In this document: one piece after another, positions 22,901 to 35,657 of the stretch
Layout: each line of letters starts with the position of its first letter
Position numbering within the stretch: the first letter of the stretch is position 1
Assembly (NCBI GenBank): GCA_002269645.1
Contig: NIVC01002639.1
Coordinates: 1-64,000, forward strand
DNA: 64,000 bases
DNA from: Macrostomum lignano
Lineage: Eukaryota
Direction of reading: 5' to 3'
Position numbers and translations under genes: made by a program
The notes under the pieces: generated by a model
Databases searched by the model: none
What the model was told of the DNA's origin: nothing
The model's input: only the letters and a program-made list of their open reading frames with translations

Positions 22901-25900
22901 TGCGCGCTACCTTTAAAGACTTGAATTTTGTTTTAAAAAATACCTCCCACCTCCAAAAATGCTTCGCTTTGCCAGGATTTCGACTGGATTGGGGATCAGT
23001 GCGCCGTTTGCATTGAGCCCTACAGGTGCGGCGAGTCGGTTCGAATCCTGCCCTGCAGGTGAGCTGGATTGTCTTTGAGATTTTGAGATCTGTTGGCAAT
23101 GTGATTTTGAGATCTGTTGGCAATGAGATTTTGAGATCTGTTGGCAATGAGATTTTGAGATCTGTTGGCAATGTGATTTTGGGATCTGTTGGTAATGAGA
23201 TTTTGAGATCTGTTGGCAATGAGATTTTGAGATCTGTTGGTTAATGAGATTTTGAGATCTGTTGGCAATGAGATTTTGAGATCTGTTGGTTAATGAGATT
23301 TTGAGATCTGTTGGTTAATGAGATTTTGAGATCTGTTGGAATGAGATTTTGAAAGGCCGATCTGTATGCGGAAGCGACAATAACCCTAACAATACTCCAC
23401 CCCCAACCCACCCAGGCATTTCTATCACAAGTCCTGCATCGATCCGTGGCTGCTGGACCAGCGCTCCTGTCCGCTGTGCAAGCTGGACATTCTGAAGGCC
23501 TGCGGCCTGCACATTCACCGCGGCTCCCAGGCCTCGCTGCTCGATGCCCACCTGCTGGCTGAGCACTCGCACCACTCTCACGCAGCTGCCAACCCGGCCG
23601 GCGCCGCCGTGCCCAGCGGCGTGTCGGCCTCCGCTGCCGCGTCCGTTGCCGGCAGCGTCCAAGTGCCGACGCTCCTGATTCAGGCCGGCGGCGGCGCCAG
23701 GGACTCGGCTGAAGCTTCGCCTTCTAACAGCCACTCGGACGAGGGTGGTGTGCAGGTCAGTTTTGCAGTTTTGCATCCCGATATGTATCGAAAGTTGCAT
23801 TCCAGTGAGGGGCTTATTTTAGCGCTAAATGTATGCTTCATGATATTATGCGCCTCTCCCGATATGTATCGAAAAATACTTTTACAGTAAGAACCTATTT
23901 TGGTTATACGCTTTAAGCTGCTTAGGCCTTATCCCTATATGTATCGAAAAGATGCATAAGAGGGTTGTAGCCTAGTGGTTAGAGCGTCGAACTCACGACT
24001 ATGAGGTCGGAGGTTCGATTCTCGGCCCACTCGGAAAAATTTGTGTCTTTGAGCAGGACACTTAACTCTGCATTGCTTCAGTTCACCCAGCTGTAAAATG
24101 AGTGCCAGCATTAGCTGGGGTAATTGAGGGTGCGTGTGGCGACCCCCCCCGTCCTTGGACTGAACAGCCGTACGCAGCCTTCAGATGCGCCGCGCAATAG
24201 CTGCGGCTGAGCTGTCGGTTGCTCATCTGCACATTGGGCAGGTGTACACAATTATTATTTATTTTTATAGAAAGGAGCATTACAGACGGTTTATTCGGTT
24301 TTGCACTTTGAGCTACCAGTAACCTGTCCCGACATGTATCGAAAGTAGCTTTTAATCATACATGTGATTCGGATAAATTGCTTTTGACCTGGAGTCAAGT
24401 AGTTTTTAGTGGCTGTTGGGTTGGTTAGTTTATTCAGCCTCCGACCTGCCAGCCACGCCCAAAGCTCCTGAGCTGTGCTGCAAATTGAAATTGCAATTTT
24501 AGGCATGGGATTTCCCTCAACCCACAGGATTTTTTTCAATTTCCCTCCCTAGCCGGGATTGAAATGCTGCAGACTCTGCTTTCGGCTGTCCGGGTTAGTT
24601 GCTAGGGGAGAGGAACTCTTTTTCAATTCTGATTGAGCAGCGATGAGGAAGCATTGAGCAAACGAGAAATGCAGACACTGAAGTATGGAATCTGGGGCGG
24701 CTCAGGCATGGAAATTATACCTATGGCAAAGATATATATTTTTTCAGATGCAGCTCGGCTCGCTTGCTGTGCGTGATGAGCGCCTTCGCCCGTTTTCCTC
24801 CTCTCTCCCTCTTTCTCACTGTCTCCGTGGACCTCTAAAACAAGCCATCTGGAATGATGGGGAAGGTGACGAAGCGAAAAACCACCCCTCTAATTTTAAT
24901 AAATCCGGCTGCTGTCTATGAAAATTTAATGACGAACCATCTGGATTGGCTGATTCTTGTTAATATCTAGGCCTTACTTAATTCTTTGTTATCATTTTTA
25001 TAGGGCTATTTCTGGCGAATCAAATTGTGAACAAATCAATCAATAACAAAGTTACTTTCAATGAGCTGTTGTTGTTAGCATGGTCTCAAAGTTTCTTCAG
25101 TTTTTTTGCACACGGATCAGACTGTTGCTCATGAATCAGACTGTTGCTCATGGATCAGACTGTTGCTCATAAATCAGACTGTTGCTCATGAATCAGACTG
25201 TCGCTCATGGATCAGACTGTTGCTCATAAATCAGACTGTTGCTCATGGATCAGACTGTTGCTCACGGATGAGACTGTTGCTCACGGATGCGTACGCATGA
25301 CAAAGTCTCCCTGACTTTCTGTATTTAGCCTTAATCAGCACCAGATTTTCTCCATCTAGTATTCCGTGATCGAGCTATCCACGCCCAGCCTGCACTGAGT
25401 AAGGTAAAAGAGCTAGTTAGCGTGGCGGGAAGGGTTCGAGTACACTATGCTGGGTTCATTCGGCTTGCTACTCACCGAACAAATCCTATTATATGCGGCT
25501 GGCTGATGATGACGCGGCGGGCTTGGGATTATTCTAAGGCAGGCAGCTGTGCTGGATCTGTCGGAGCTCCGGCTGGTTAACTGAGCAGAAATTGAGCCGC
25601 AGATTTCGAGTCGCCGGATGGGTGGATTCTGAGCAGCTGGCGCTACCAATTAGTCATATTAAATAGGGGGTGACTGCTTTATAATAAGGCCTCGCGCTGA
25701 AGCACGCCATCGTCGGGAGGGGGGCATGCGCAAATCGATCGCTGATTGTGCAACCTGAAGAGTCGCGGCTGTGCAGATTGGCGCGAAGATTAGAGACTAG
25801 ATAGATAGAGAATAATAGCAGAGAGAAAACCAGGTGGGCTGACAGAGAAATGAAAACAGGATATAGAAAACTACTGGATGCGGTTCTGCTGATCTGCTGC

Positions 25901-27990
25901 GAAAGAATCAGTTGAACTTTTAAAAAGCACAGTGTTTAAATGCGAGTGTCATGAGACTGGCTTGACTGGTACGCGAATGAGACTGTTGCACTTGGGTCAG
26001 ACTGTTGCACTTGGGTCAGACTGTTGCACTTGGGTCAGACTGTTGCACTTGGGTCAGACTGTTGCACTTGGGTCAGACTGTTGCACTTGGGTCAGACTGT
26101 TGCACTTGGGTCAGACTGTTGCACTTGGGTCAGACTGTTGCACTTGGGTCAGACTGTTGCACTTGGGTCAGACTGTTGCACTTGGGTCAGACTGTTGCAC
26201 TTGGGTCAGACTGTTGCACTTGGGTCAGACTGTTGCACTTGGGTCAGACTGTTGCACTTGGGTCAGACTGTTGCACTTGGGTCAGACTGTTGCACATGGA
26301 TGAGACTGTTGCACTTGGGTCAGACTGTTGCACTTGGATGAGTCTGTTGCACTTGGATGAGTCTGTTGCACAGGATGAGACTTGCACACGGATGAGACTG
26401 TTGCACTTGGATGAGTCTGTTGCACAGGATGAGACTTGCACACAAATGAGACTGTTGCACACAAATTAGACTGTTGCACACAAATGAGACTGTTGCACTT
26501 GGGTCAGACTGTTGCACTTGGGTCAGACTGTTGCACTTGGGTCAGACTGTTGCACTTGGGTCAGACTGTTGCACTTGGGTCAGACTGTTGCACTTGGGTC
26601 AGACTGTTGCACTTGGATCAGACTGTTGCACTTGGGTCAGACTGTTGCACTTGGGTCAGACTGTTGCACTTGGGTCAGACTGTTGCACTTGGATCAGACT
26701 GTTGCACTTGGGTCAGACTGTTGCACATGGATGAGACTGTTGCACTTGGGTCAGACTGTTGCACTTGGGTCAGACTGTTGCACTTGGATGAGTCTGTTGC
26801 ACAGGATGAGACTTGCACACGGATGAGACTGTTGCACACAAATGAGACTGTTGCACACAAATGAGACTTGCACACAAATGAGACTGTTGCACACAAATGA
26901 GACTGTTGCACACAAATGAGACTGTTGCACACAAATGAGACTGTTGCACACAAATGAGACTGTTGCACACAAATGAGACTGTTGCACACAAATGAGACTG
27001 TTGCACACAAATCAGACTGTTGCACACAAATGAGACTGTTGCACACAAATGAGACTGTTGCACACAAATGAGACTGTTGCACACAAATGAGACTGTTGCA
27101 CACAAATGAGACTGTTGCACACAAATCAGACTGTTGCACACAAATGAGACTGTTGCACACAAATCAGACTGTTGCACACAAATGAGACTGTTGCAAACAA
27201 ATCAGACTGTTGCACACAAATGAGACTGTTGCACACAAATCAGACTGTTGCACACAAATCAGACTGTTGCACACAAATCAGACTGTTGCACACAAATCAG
27301 ACTGTTGCACACAAATCAGACTGTTGCACACAAATGAGACTGTTGCACACAAATCAGACTGTTGCAGGAGAGCACAGTGAAATGTGTGTGTTGCAGCAAT
27401 GTGTCTGCTACAGAAAGGACCTGAAGTACCGACTGTTACAGGGCGGGCTGTTCAACAGAAAGACCGGTGTAGTGATTGGACGGAATAGCTCAAAGTACAA
27501 GGTAGAATGTCGGGTAGAATTCTGAAATTTCAATCTCCCTAATGACGCCGGTGCTAAGAGAGAAACTCGAGCGCTTTAATTTTTCGCGAGGAAATGAAAA
27601 AAACACGTTTGGATCGGGTTTTTCTACGCCGGTCCCCCACCCCACGAATTATTGTAAAACAGAGTAGGGCTGCATATTTAATTAAGCGGCGTATTGCCTT
27701 AGTGCAGAGCGGAGAGAGAGAGAGAGGCACCCGCCTATGACTGGTTAAATTAGAGTGCTTCGCTCTTCGCCTCTCAGGTGACGATCGAGCCGCCGGATGT
27801 GCAGTATCACCACTCCAATGACAGCTCCGTGCAGTGCGGCCCGTTGGCCTGCCGGCACGACTCCGCCTCGTCTGACGCCTCCTCCGCCGGCGCCGCCGCT
27901 GATGGCGCCGCCGGGCATCAGCGATTGGCCCTGGTGGAGGCGGCCGAAGTGTGCTACCCGTTGGTGCACCGGCATCATGGATCCGGCTGA
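19902..27990 (+). CDS. RNF130: Goliath/RNF130-family PA-TM-RING-H2 E3 ubiquitin ligase (~540 aa)
   Basis: Exons 19902-20816, 21701-21772, 22976-23058, 23416-23755, 27778-27990, all phase-consistent. Signal peptide, divergent PA region, TM segment [30 protein letters not shown], then [11 protein letters not shown] and RING-H2 CAVCIEPY...[27 protein letters not shown]. Exact orthology among RNF130/149/150 cannot be resolved. Confidence 0.93.
20935..21260. repeat. (CAGT)n microsatellite
   Basis: Direct tetranucleotide run. Confidence 0.98.
23075..23350. repeat. 24-bp minisatellite (gagattttgagatctgttggcaat)
   Basis: Fills most of RING-ligase intron 3. Confidence 0.96.
23962..24247 (+). mobile_element. 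tRNA-derived SINE with CORE-like central domain, copy 1
   Basis: A box TAGCCTAGTGG and B box GGTTCGATTC, followed by ttgagcaggacacttaactc...cagttcacccagctgtaaaatg, which resembles the MIR CORE. A second copy lies at 42531-42794. Confidence 0.82.
25360..25398 (+). CDS. Candidate alternative stop-containing exon of the RING ligase ([12 protein letters not shown])
   Basis: Acceptor ttttctccatctag, phase 0 matching the end of exon 23416-23755, TGA followed directly by the donor-like GTAAGG. Confidence 0.35.
   Translation, partial: YSVIELSTPSLH
25975..27367. repeat. 19-bp minisatellite (agactgttgcacttgggtc / agactgttgcacacaaatg); related short array at 25110-25290
   Basis: Direct tandem units with a variant gradient. 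Confidence 0.97.
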
Positions 27991-28169
27991 TTTTGGGAGT
28001 TTACAGCGTTGGGCGAGCTAGGGAAGGAAGCATTACGAATTTTCGAATAAGAACTGATTAGGTTGGTGATTTTTTTAACTTAAATATTCGAATTATCGCT
28101 TCAAATAGTTGCCAGCTGTGAGTTTTAGCCATTTTTAGGAGTAATTCGACTGCTGTGTCTCTACTCCAA

Positions 28170-28730
28170 GCCGTGTCCTCGATTGACCCTAAACCGTGTC
28201 CTTGACTGACCCTAAACCATGTCCTTGACTGACCCTAAACTGTGTCCTTGACTGACCCTAAACAGTGTCCTTGACTGACCCTAAACAGTGTCCTTGACTG
28301 ACCCTAAACAGTGTCCTTGACTGACCCTAAACCATGTCCTTGACTGACCCTAAACCATGTCCTTGACTGACCCTAAACAGTGTCCTTGACTGACCCTAAA
28401 CAGTGTCCTTGACTGACCCTAAACCGTGTCCTTGACTGACCCTAAACCATGTCCTTGACTGACCCTAAACTGTGTCCTTGACTGACCCTAAACCGTGTCC
28501 TTGACTGACCCTAAACAGTGTCCTTGACTGACCCTAAACAGTGTCCTTGACTGACCCTAAACCGTGTCCTTGACTGACCCTAAACCGTGTCCTTGACTGA
28601 CCCTAAACTGTGTCCTTGAATGACCCTAAACCGTGTCCTTGACTGACCCTAAACACGTTGACTGACCCTAGACTCGTTGACTGACCCTAAACAGTGTCCT
28701 TGGCTGACTATAAACCGTGTCCTTAATTGA
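28170..28730. repeat. 23-bp minisatellite (tgactgaccctaaaccgtgtcct); longer sister array at 29805-30790
   Basis: Direct tandem units containing CCCTAA. Confidence 0.96.
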
Positions 28731-29412
28731 CCTCAACCCACATCCTTGACTCCTAAATGGACCCTTATTCGGATCACCGTGTGCGCACAGCTGTTTGATT
28801 TGTAGCCTGGCAGCGCCTGGCGCCACGCGCCTAGCCTTGACCTTAATCAACCTTTGGATATCTTTGTTGCGCAGGCTCTCCCTGTAGTCTCGTCTCTCTG
28901 TGAAGTTTTGCTTTTTAATTTCTGCACACGCATTGTTGTGTTGTATTATTAGTCTGCCCTCGCTAGTCCTGTTGCTTGTGTTTGTCGTTCGCTTCTCGTC
29001 GCATGTGTCTGCATAGCGCATGTGTGTTGCAGCAATGTGTCTGCTACAGAAAGGACCTGAAGTACCGACTGTTACAGGGCGGGCTGTTCAACAGAAAGAC
29101 CGGTGTAGTGATTGGACGGAATAGCTCAAAGTACAAGGTAGAATGTCGGGTAGAATTCTGAAATTTCAATCTCCCTAATGACGCCGGTGCTAAGAGAGAA
29201 ACTCGAGCGCTTTAATTTTTCGCGAGGAAATGAAAAAAACACGTTTGGATCGGGTTTTTCTACGCCGGTCCCCCACCCACGAATTATTGTAAAACAGAGT
29301 AGGGCTGCATATTTAATTAAGCGGCGTATTGCCTTAGTGCAGAGCGGAGAGAGAGAGAGAGGCACCCGCCTATGACTGGTTAAATTAGAGTGCTTCGCTC
29401 TTCGCCTCTCAG

Positions 29413-29625
29413 GTGACGATCGAGCCGCCGGATGTGCAGTATCACCACTCCAATGACAGCTCCGTGCAGTGCGGCCCGTTGGCCTGCCGGCACGACTCCG
29501 CCTCGTCTGACGCCTCCTCCGCCGGCGCCGCCGCTGATGGCGCCGCCGGGCATCAGCGATTGGCCCTGGTGGAGGCGGCCGAAGTGTGCTACCCGTTGGT
29601 GCACCGGCATCATGGATCCGGCTGA
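29413..29625 (+). CDS. Second identical copy of the RING-ligase terminal coding exon ([10 protein letters not shown]...HHGSG*)
   Basis: Same sequence as 27778-27990 including the acceptor; lies in the tandem duplication 27385-31093. Confidence 0.7.
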   Translation: MTIEPPDVQYHHSNDSSVQCGPLACRHDSASSDASSAGAAADGAAGHQRLALVEAAEVCYPLVHRHHGSG

Positions 29626-31924
29626 TTTTGGGAGTTTACAGCGTTGGGCGAGCTAGGGAAGGAAGCATTACGAATTTTCGAATAAGAACTGATTAGGTTG
29701 GTGATTTTTTTAACTTAAATATTCGAATTATCGCTTCAAATAGTTGCCAGCTGTGAGTTTTAGCCATTTTTAGGAGTAATTCGACTGCTGTGTCTCTACT
29801 CCAAGCCGTGTCCTCGATTGACCCTAAACCGTGTCCTTGACTGACCCTAAACCGTGTCCTTGACTGACCCTAAACAGTGTCCTTGACTGACCCTAAACCG
29901 TGTCCTTGACTGACCCTAAACCGTGTCCTTGACTGACCCTAAACCGTGTCCTTGACTGACCCTAAACAGTGTCCTTGACTGACCCTAAACCGTGTCCTTG
30001 ACTGACCCTAAACAGTGTCCTTGACTGACCCTAAACCGTGTCCTTGACTGACCCTAAACTGTGTCCTTGACTGACCCTAAACAGTGTCCTTGACTGACCC
30101 TAAACAGTGTCCTTGACTGACCCTAAACCGTGTCCTTGACTGACCCTAAACCATGTCCTTGACTGACCCTAAACTGTGTCCTTGACTGACCCTAAACAGT
30201 GTCCTTGACTGACCCTAAACAGTGTCCTTGACTGACCCTAAACAGTGTCCTTGACTGACCCTAAACAGTGTCCTTGACTGACCCTAAACCATGTCCTTGA
30301 CTGACCCTAAACTGTGTCCTTGACTGACCCTAAACAGTGTCCTTGACTGACCCTAAACAGTGTCCTTGACTGACCCTAAACAGTGTCCTTGACTGACCCT
30401 AAACCATGTCCTTGACTGACCCTAAACCATGTCCTTGACTGACCCTAAACAGTGTCCTTGACTGACCCTAAACAGTGTCCTTGACTGACCCTAAACCGTG
30501 TCCTTGACTGACCCTAAACCATGTCCTTGACTGACCCTAAACTGTGTCCTTGACTGACCCTAAACCGTGTCCTTGACTGACCCTAAACAGTGTCCTTGAC
30601 TGACCCTAAACAGTGTCCTTGACTGACCCTAAACCGTGTCCTTGACTGACCCTAAACCGTGTCCTTGACTGACCCTAAACTGTGTCCTTGAATGACCCTA
30701 AACCGTGTCCTTGACTGACCCTAAACACGTTGACTGACCCTAGACTCGTTGACTGACCCTAAACAGTGTCCTTGGCTGACTATAAACCGTGTCCTTAATT
30801 GACCTCAACCCACATCCTTGACTCCTAAATGGACCCTTATTCGGATCACCGTGTGCGCACAGCTGTTTGATTTGTAGCCTGGCAGCGCCTGGCGCCACGC
30901 GCCTAGCCTTGACCTTAATCAACCTTTGGATATCTTTGTTGCGCAGGCTCTCCCTGTAGTCTCGTCTCTCTGTGAAGTTTTGCTTTTTAATTTCTGCACA
31001 CGCATTGTTGTGTTGTATTATTAGTCTGCCCTCGCTAGTCCTGTTGCTTGTGTTTGTCGTTCGCTTCTCGTCGCATGTGTCTGCATAGCGCATGCTGTAG
31101 CTTCTTAGGCTCTGTGTATGCGAGTATTCAATATTGCCGTATTCTCCTAGTCTGCCTGTCAATCAGTTTTGCTGCTATTATCTATCAGATAGTTGCTCCC
31201 AAAATCCCGGAGCACGTGCCCCCCCGTGTGCTTTTTGTCTTTCGCTTCGCACCCACTGCCTCCTCATCCCCCCTAGCAACAAGCAATTATAGGTAATTAA
31301 TGTAATAATATAATAATTACCCGAGAGGAGCGGCACCCGAGAAGTTTTCAATCTTTTAGTAGACTATGAAAAGTTTTTATTGTTGATTTATGATTTGCTG
31401 TACAATTATTAGTGTTTATTAATTTCTGCTTACTGTTCCGCTTTATATCTGTAAATAAATATTGATGACGAAAATAAATAAAAATTACACTGTTTATTGC
31501 GCAGCCCTGTAGCCCTGTGTTGTGCTTGACCAGCTTATCAATGTAGTTCAATAACTATACATTTTTATGCTAATTAGCAATGTGATTCACCTTGCTCTCT
31601 GATTACTTATTCAGATTGCTTTATTCACACGTATAGGCTTGCTTGGGATTATTATCCCCTTTCAAATGCACTTACAAATTTATATGTATAGCTAATCAAA
31701 ATTGGTTCTCTATCGCCCTGTTTTGCACTCTGCAGTCTCATTGAGACATTCTTGGTGGCTCTGTTTATTGCGCAACGATTGGACCAGCTTTGTTATAATA
31801 AACAGTTTCTCAGTCAGACTAACCAATAAAACAGTATGGCAGTGCGCGTGGCTTTATAAATTGTCACTACTATGGAACTGTTTCAACTGCATTGCTGGAT
31901 GGCGCCAGATTAATCTCTGTTTAT

Positions 31925-32520
31925 TTCAGTGATCCCAGCATCTCTGCATTGATCCCAGCCTCTCTGCATTGATCCCAGCATCTCTCCACTGATTCCAGGC
32001 TCTCTGCATTGATCCCAGCCTCTCTGCACTGATCCCAGCCTCTCTGCATTGATCCCAGCCTCTCTGCACTGATCCCAGCCTCTCTGCACTGATCCCAGCC
32101 TCTCTCCACTGATCCCAGCCTCTCTGCACTGATCCCAGCCTCTCTGCACTGATTCCAGGCTCTCTGCATTGATCCCAGCCTCTCTGCACTGATCCCAGCC
32201 TCTCTGCATTGATCCCAGCCTCTCTGCATTGATCCCAGCATCTCTCCACTGATTCCAGGCTCTCTGCATTGATCCCAGCCTCTCTGCACTGATCCCAGCC
32301 TCTCTGCATTGATCCCAGCCTCTCTGCACTGATCCCAGCCTCTCTGCACTGATCCCAGCCTCTCTCCACTGATCCAAGCCTCTCTGCACTGATCCCAGCC
32401 TCTCTGCACTGATCCAAGCCTCTCTGCACTGATCCCAGCATCCCTACATTGATCCAAGCCTCTCTGCACTGATCCCAGCATCCCTGCATTGATCCAAGCC
32501 TCTCTGCACTGATCCCAGCC
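31925..32520. repeat. 20-bp minisatellite (ctctctgcactgatcccagc)
   Basis: Direct tandem units. Confidence 0.96.
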
Positions 32521-33594
32521 ACTCTACAACGTCGGTAGCCATCAAAACTGATCCATGTAGTTTTAAAGCTACCCAACTTCACATAGACTAAATGTGTTAC
32601 CATAAGTAGAGTGTTAAGTAAATTATCTAGCTCACTTGGCTATTAGGTATAGGCGCCTATATAGGCTACTTAAAACGAGATCTTCTTCCTTTTTTGAGTA
32701 GTAAAACATTTTAATGCAAAGATAAAATTGACTTCACCTCTGAATTAAATGGATTTTTACTCAAAAGTACGATTAAACCAAACCTAGCGGTTTTGATCGT
32801 TAGTGTGTAGAACAGCTCTTAGAGCTGAGGCTGTGACTACACTATAACGCCTCCCATGGGGCAGACAGTCCGCTCTCTCTATCTCCTCTCTCTCTCACTC
32901 TGTCTATTCACGCTAAGCGAAGCAAGAGGTCAGCAGGGGGGTCCCTTGTGCAACTTGGCGCATTCTTTTATAGAGAGATAGCTAGCCAGATAGCAATGCT
33001 TATAATACTATAAGTAATGCATGGAGCTGATGCAATAGCTGAGGCTAGGGTGAGTATACGTACGCAAGAGTAGGGCAGAGCTAGCTGGCAGAGCTAATTA
33101 CATGGAGACCGGAGTCCGGGCCCAGTCCCCCTAGGGACAGATCCAGGGCGAACGATGACGGTCAAACTGAGTTCACCCCACTGCAGTTCCCCGAAGCATT
33201 TGGGGATTAACTTTTTTACCCTCTTCTACTCCTCCCCTATATCCCCCGACGCGAACTGGTCGCATTCTTTTAAGCCTTCCCCTTCTAAATCCTTGCTTGC
33301 TTCGCCTTGCGGAGCCCTACACTCTAAGACCCATAGCTAGTGGCGCCATTGCCAACCCCGAGATAGCGAGAGCTGTAGGCTGCTGTGACAGGAAATCTGT
33401 CTCGATCAATTGGGCAGTTTAATCAGGCCGGCTACAGTGCGATAGGGGCGGGGTAGGAGCTGAGGGCGTCAGCGTGTGTGGGATGATCCTGTTTGAAGGA
33501 TGAGTCAGCCGTGGTCTCTGGACAACTCATTCTCATTTTTAATAAGTTCGTTTCAGATTGCGGCGCAGTGACTCTGCGATCTTTCCCAAGCTTG

Positions 33595-34050
33595 GGTGAC
33601 TCGGTGATCAGTCCCAATTTGAGATGACTCGGTGATCAGTCCCAATTTGAGATGACTCTGTGATCAGTCTCAATTTGGGATGACTTGGTGATCAGTCCCA
33701 ATTTAAGATGACTCGGTGATCAGTCCCAATTTGGGATGACTCGGTGATCAGTCCCAATTTGAGATGACTCGGTGATCAGTCCCAATTTGAGATGACTCGG
33801 TGATCAGTCCCAATTTGAGATGACTCGGTGATCAGTCCCAATTTGGGATGACTCGGTCGGTGATCAGTCCCTATTTGAGATGACTCGGTGATCAGTCCCA
33901 ATTTGAGATGACTCGGTGATCAGTCCCAATTTGAGATGACTCGGTGATCAGTCCCAAGTTTGGGTGACTCGGTGATCAGTCCCAAGTTTGGGTGACTCAG
34001 TCATCAGTCCCAAGTTTGGGTGACTCGGTCGGTGATCAGTCCCAATTTAG
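33595..34050. repeat. 28-bp minisatellite (gatgactcggtgatcagtcccaatttga)
   Basis: Direct tandem units abutting the LINE fragment. Confidence 0.95.
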
Positions 34051-34260
34051 GAGAGTTCCGGGTTTGGGCCGAAGTAGTTGAGCCTGTCTTGAGTAAAGGC
34101 GGGGCATTCACAGATGAAGTGCTCCGCAAGGAGGCAGAATGGGCATTCCTCACTGCGGATTCCCCTAAAGGTAGCGATGCCTGGCAAAACAGCTGAGGTC
34201 TGAGAGAGCCATGGTCATCGCCCTGATGTCCCTGCGGTTGACCACCTTGTAACGAGAAAA
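34047..34260 (-). mobile_element. 3' fragment of a non-LTR retrotransposon ORF2 (CCHC knuckle, I/LOA/R1-like)
   Basis: Minus strand reads NRRDIRAMTMALS..CFARHRYL*G / EECPFCL-LAEHFICECPAFTQDRLNYFG. The CxxC...HxxxxC pattern is typical of LINE ORF2 C-termini; disrupted by a stop and a frameshift. Confidence 0.75.
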
Positions 34261-35009
34261 TTAGGCCCATTTTTTCATCTTCAGACCCTCCGTAACAGCT
34301 ACGGCTAGGAAAAAAGGAGGAAGCAAACAGGCCATTGCAAAACGATCCAAGTGCTGGCCCTGAATCTGGTTAAGTATACGGTGTATTTAGACTTTTTGGA
34401 CTATTATTTAGCCTTCATCCCCTATACCTACCGGTTAAGATCAGCTGCAGCCTGACAGCTCATCAATCCATCAGTTTCGCACCTTTAGCAGCAGCTGGCT
34501 GTGTGGCGCCTTCTTCCTACGGGCAGAGAGAAGGCGGAGGAAGTGAGAAAGCGGCTGAGAGAGAGCACGGGCTATACTGGCCCGATCGCGATTGGATGGA
34601 CCCTGCTTGAGCCGGCAGTCTCAGCTGATGGATTAAGGGATGCCATCGGGATGACAGTGGACGGCTACGGGGCTTGGATGTCGGGGGAGGGGTGCATGGG
34701 GTTCGGCTAGGATTGGAAGAGAGAAGCGGCCAGAAAACTGGCGGGAAGCCTCCAGATCCGGGAGATTCCGCCGCGACGCGCCGCTCTGCCACTAGCCAGC
34801 TGGCTATATAGGGGAAATCAGCTCCGATCTTCGTTTTCTGACTGCCGAGTCGCTCGTCTTTCCGCTGCCAGCTGCCACCCTGTCTGTTTGGCTGATTCTT
34901 CAATACGGTGAGGCTCTGTCCCGTGGCCTGGGAATACTGCCGCATGACTCTGAGCCGCTCTGATCCCTCTTTGGCTGTCATCTGCACTCTGACTTTGCTT
35001 GTCTGTGTC

Positions 35010-35385
35010 TGCGTTTGTATTAGTGCCTGTCTATGTGTCTGCGCGTTTGTATTGGTGCCTGTCTATGTTTCTGCGCGTTTGTATTGGTGCCTGTCTATGC
35101 GTCTGCGCGTTTGTATTGGTGCCTGTCTGTGTGTCTGAGCGTTTGTATTGGTGCCTGTCTGTGTGTCTGAGCGTTTGTATTGGTGCCTGTCTGTGTGTCT
35201 GAGCGTTTGTATTGGTGCCTGTCTGTGTGTCTGAGCGTTTGTATTGGTGCCTGTCTGTGTGTCTGAGCGTTTGTATTGGTGCCTGTCTGTGTGTCTGAGC
35301 GTTTGTATTGGTGCCTGTCTGTGTGTCTGAGCGTTTGTATTGGTGCCTGTCTGTGTGTCTGAGCGTTTGTATTGGTGTCTTGTGT
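35010..35385. repeat. 32-bp minisatellite (tgtgtgtctgagcgtttgtattggtgcctgtc)
   Basis: Direct tandem units. Confidence 0.95.
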
Positions 35386-35657
35386 CGATGTGTCTTAGTA
35401 TTCAAGTGTCTAAGTGTCTCTTTTTACTCGTTTCTTGGCGTCTACTCGTGTCTGTTTAGTGCATTGTGTTTGTTTTAGTGTCTTATGTATCAGCTTGGTT
35501 GTCTTAGTGACGTTCAGTGATAGCAGTGATAGCAGTGACTATCGTTAGCCCGTATGTCTGTCGGTCTCCCTGTCAGTCGGCCTTGGCATCATGTTCATCC
35601 ACAGCATCAGGCAGCCAGTCAAACCTCACTGCACCAAGTTGCAGGCCCGCCAGCAAC

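Larger units (their letters stand above)
27385..31093 (+). repeat. Near-identical tandem segmental duplication (27385-29020 and 29021-31093)
   Basis: In the stretches I compared, unique parts differ only by one homopolymer base. The embedded 23-bp arrays differ in length. ATG microhomology at the junction. Confidence 0.92.

Noticed and set aside
23962-24035. Functional tRNA-Val(CAC) gene
   Set aside because: Stems are not complementary and the sequence continues into a SINE body present twice in the window.
25500-25540. Hammerhead ribozyme core (CTGATGA), also at ~48497
   Set aside because: No GAAA core or supporting stems at the required spacing.
25932-32603. Periodic Cys/His-rich ORFs resembling zinc fingers or metallothioneins
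   Set aside because: Products of the 19-, 20- and 23-bp arrays; periodicity equals the nucleotide unit length.
32830-33360. LTR plus PBS (TGTGAC...TGGCGCC)
   Set aside because: No second LTR, no CA terminus and no gag/pol sequence seen.
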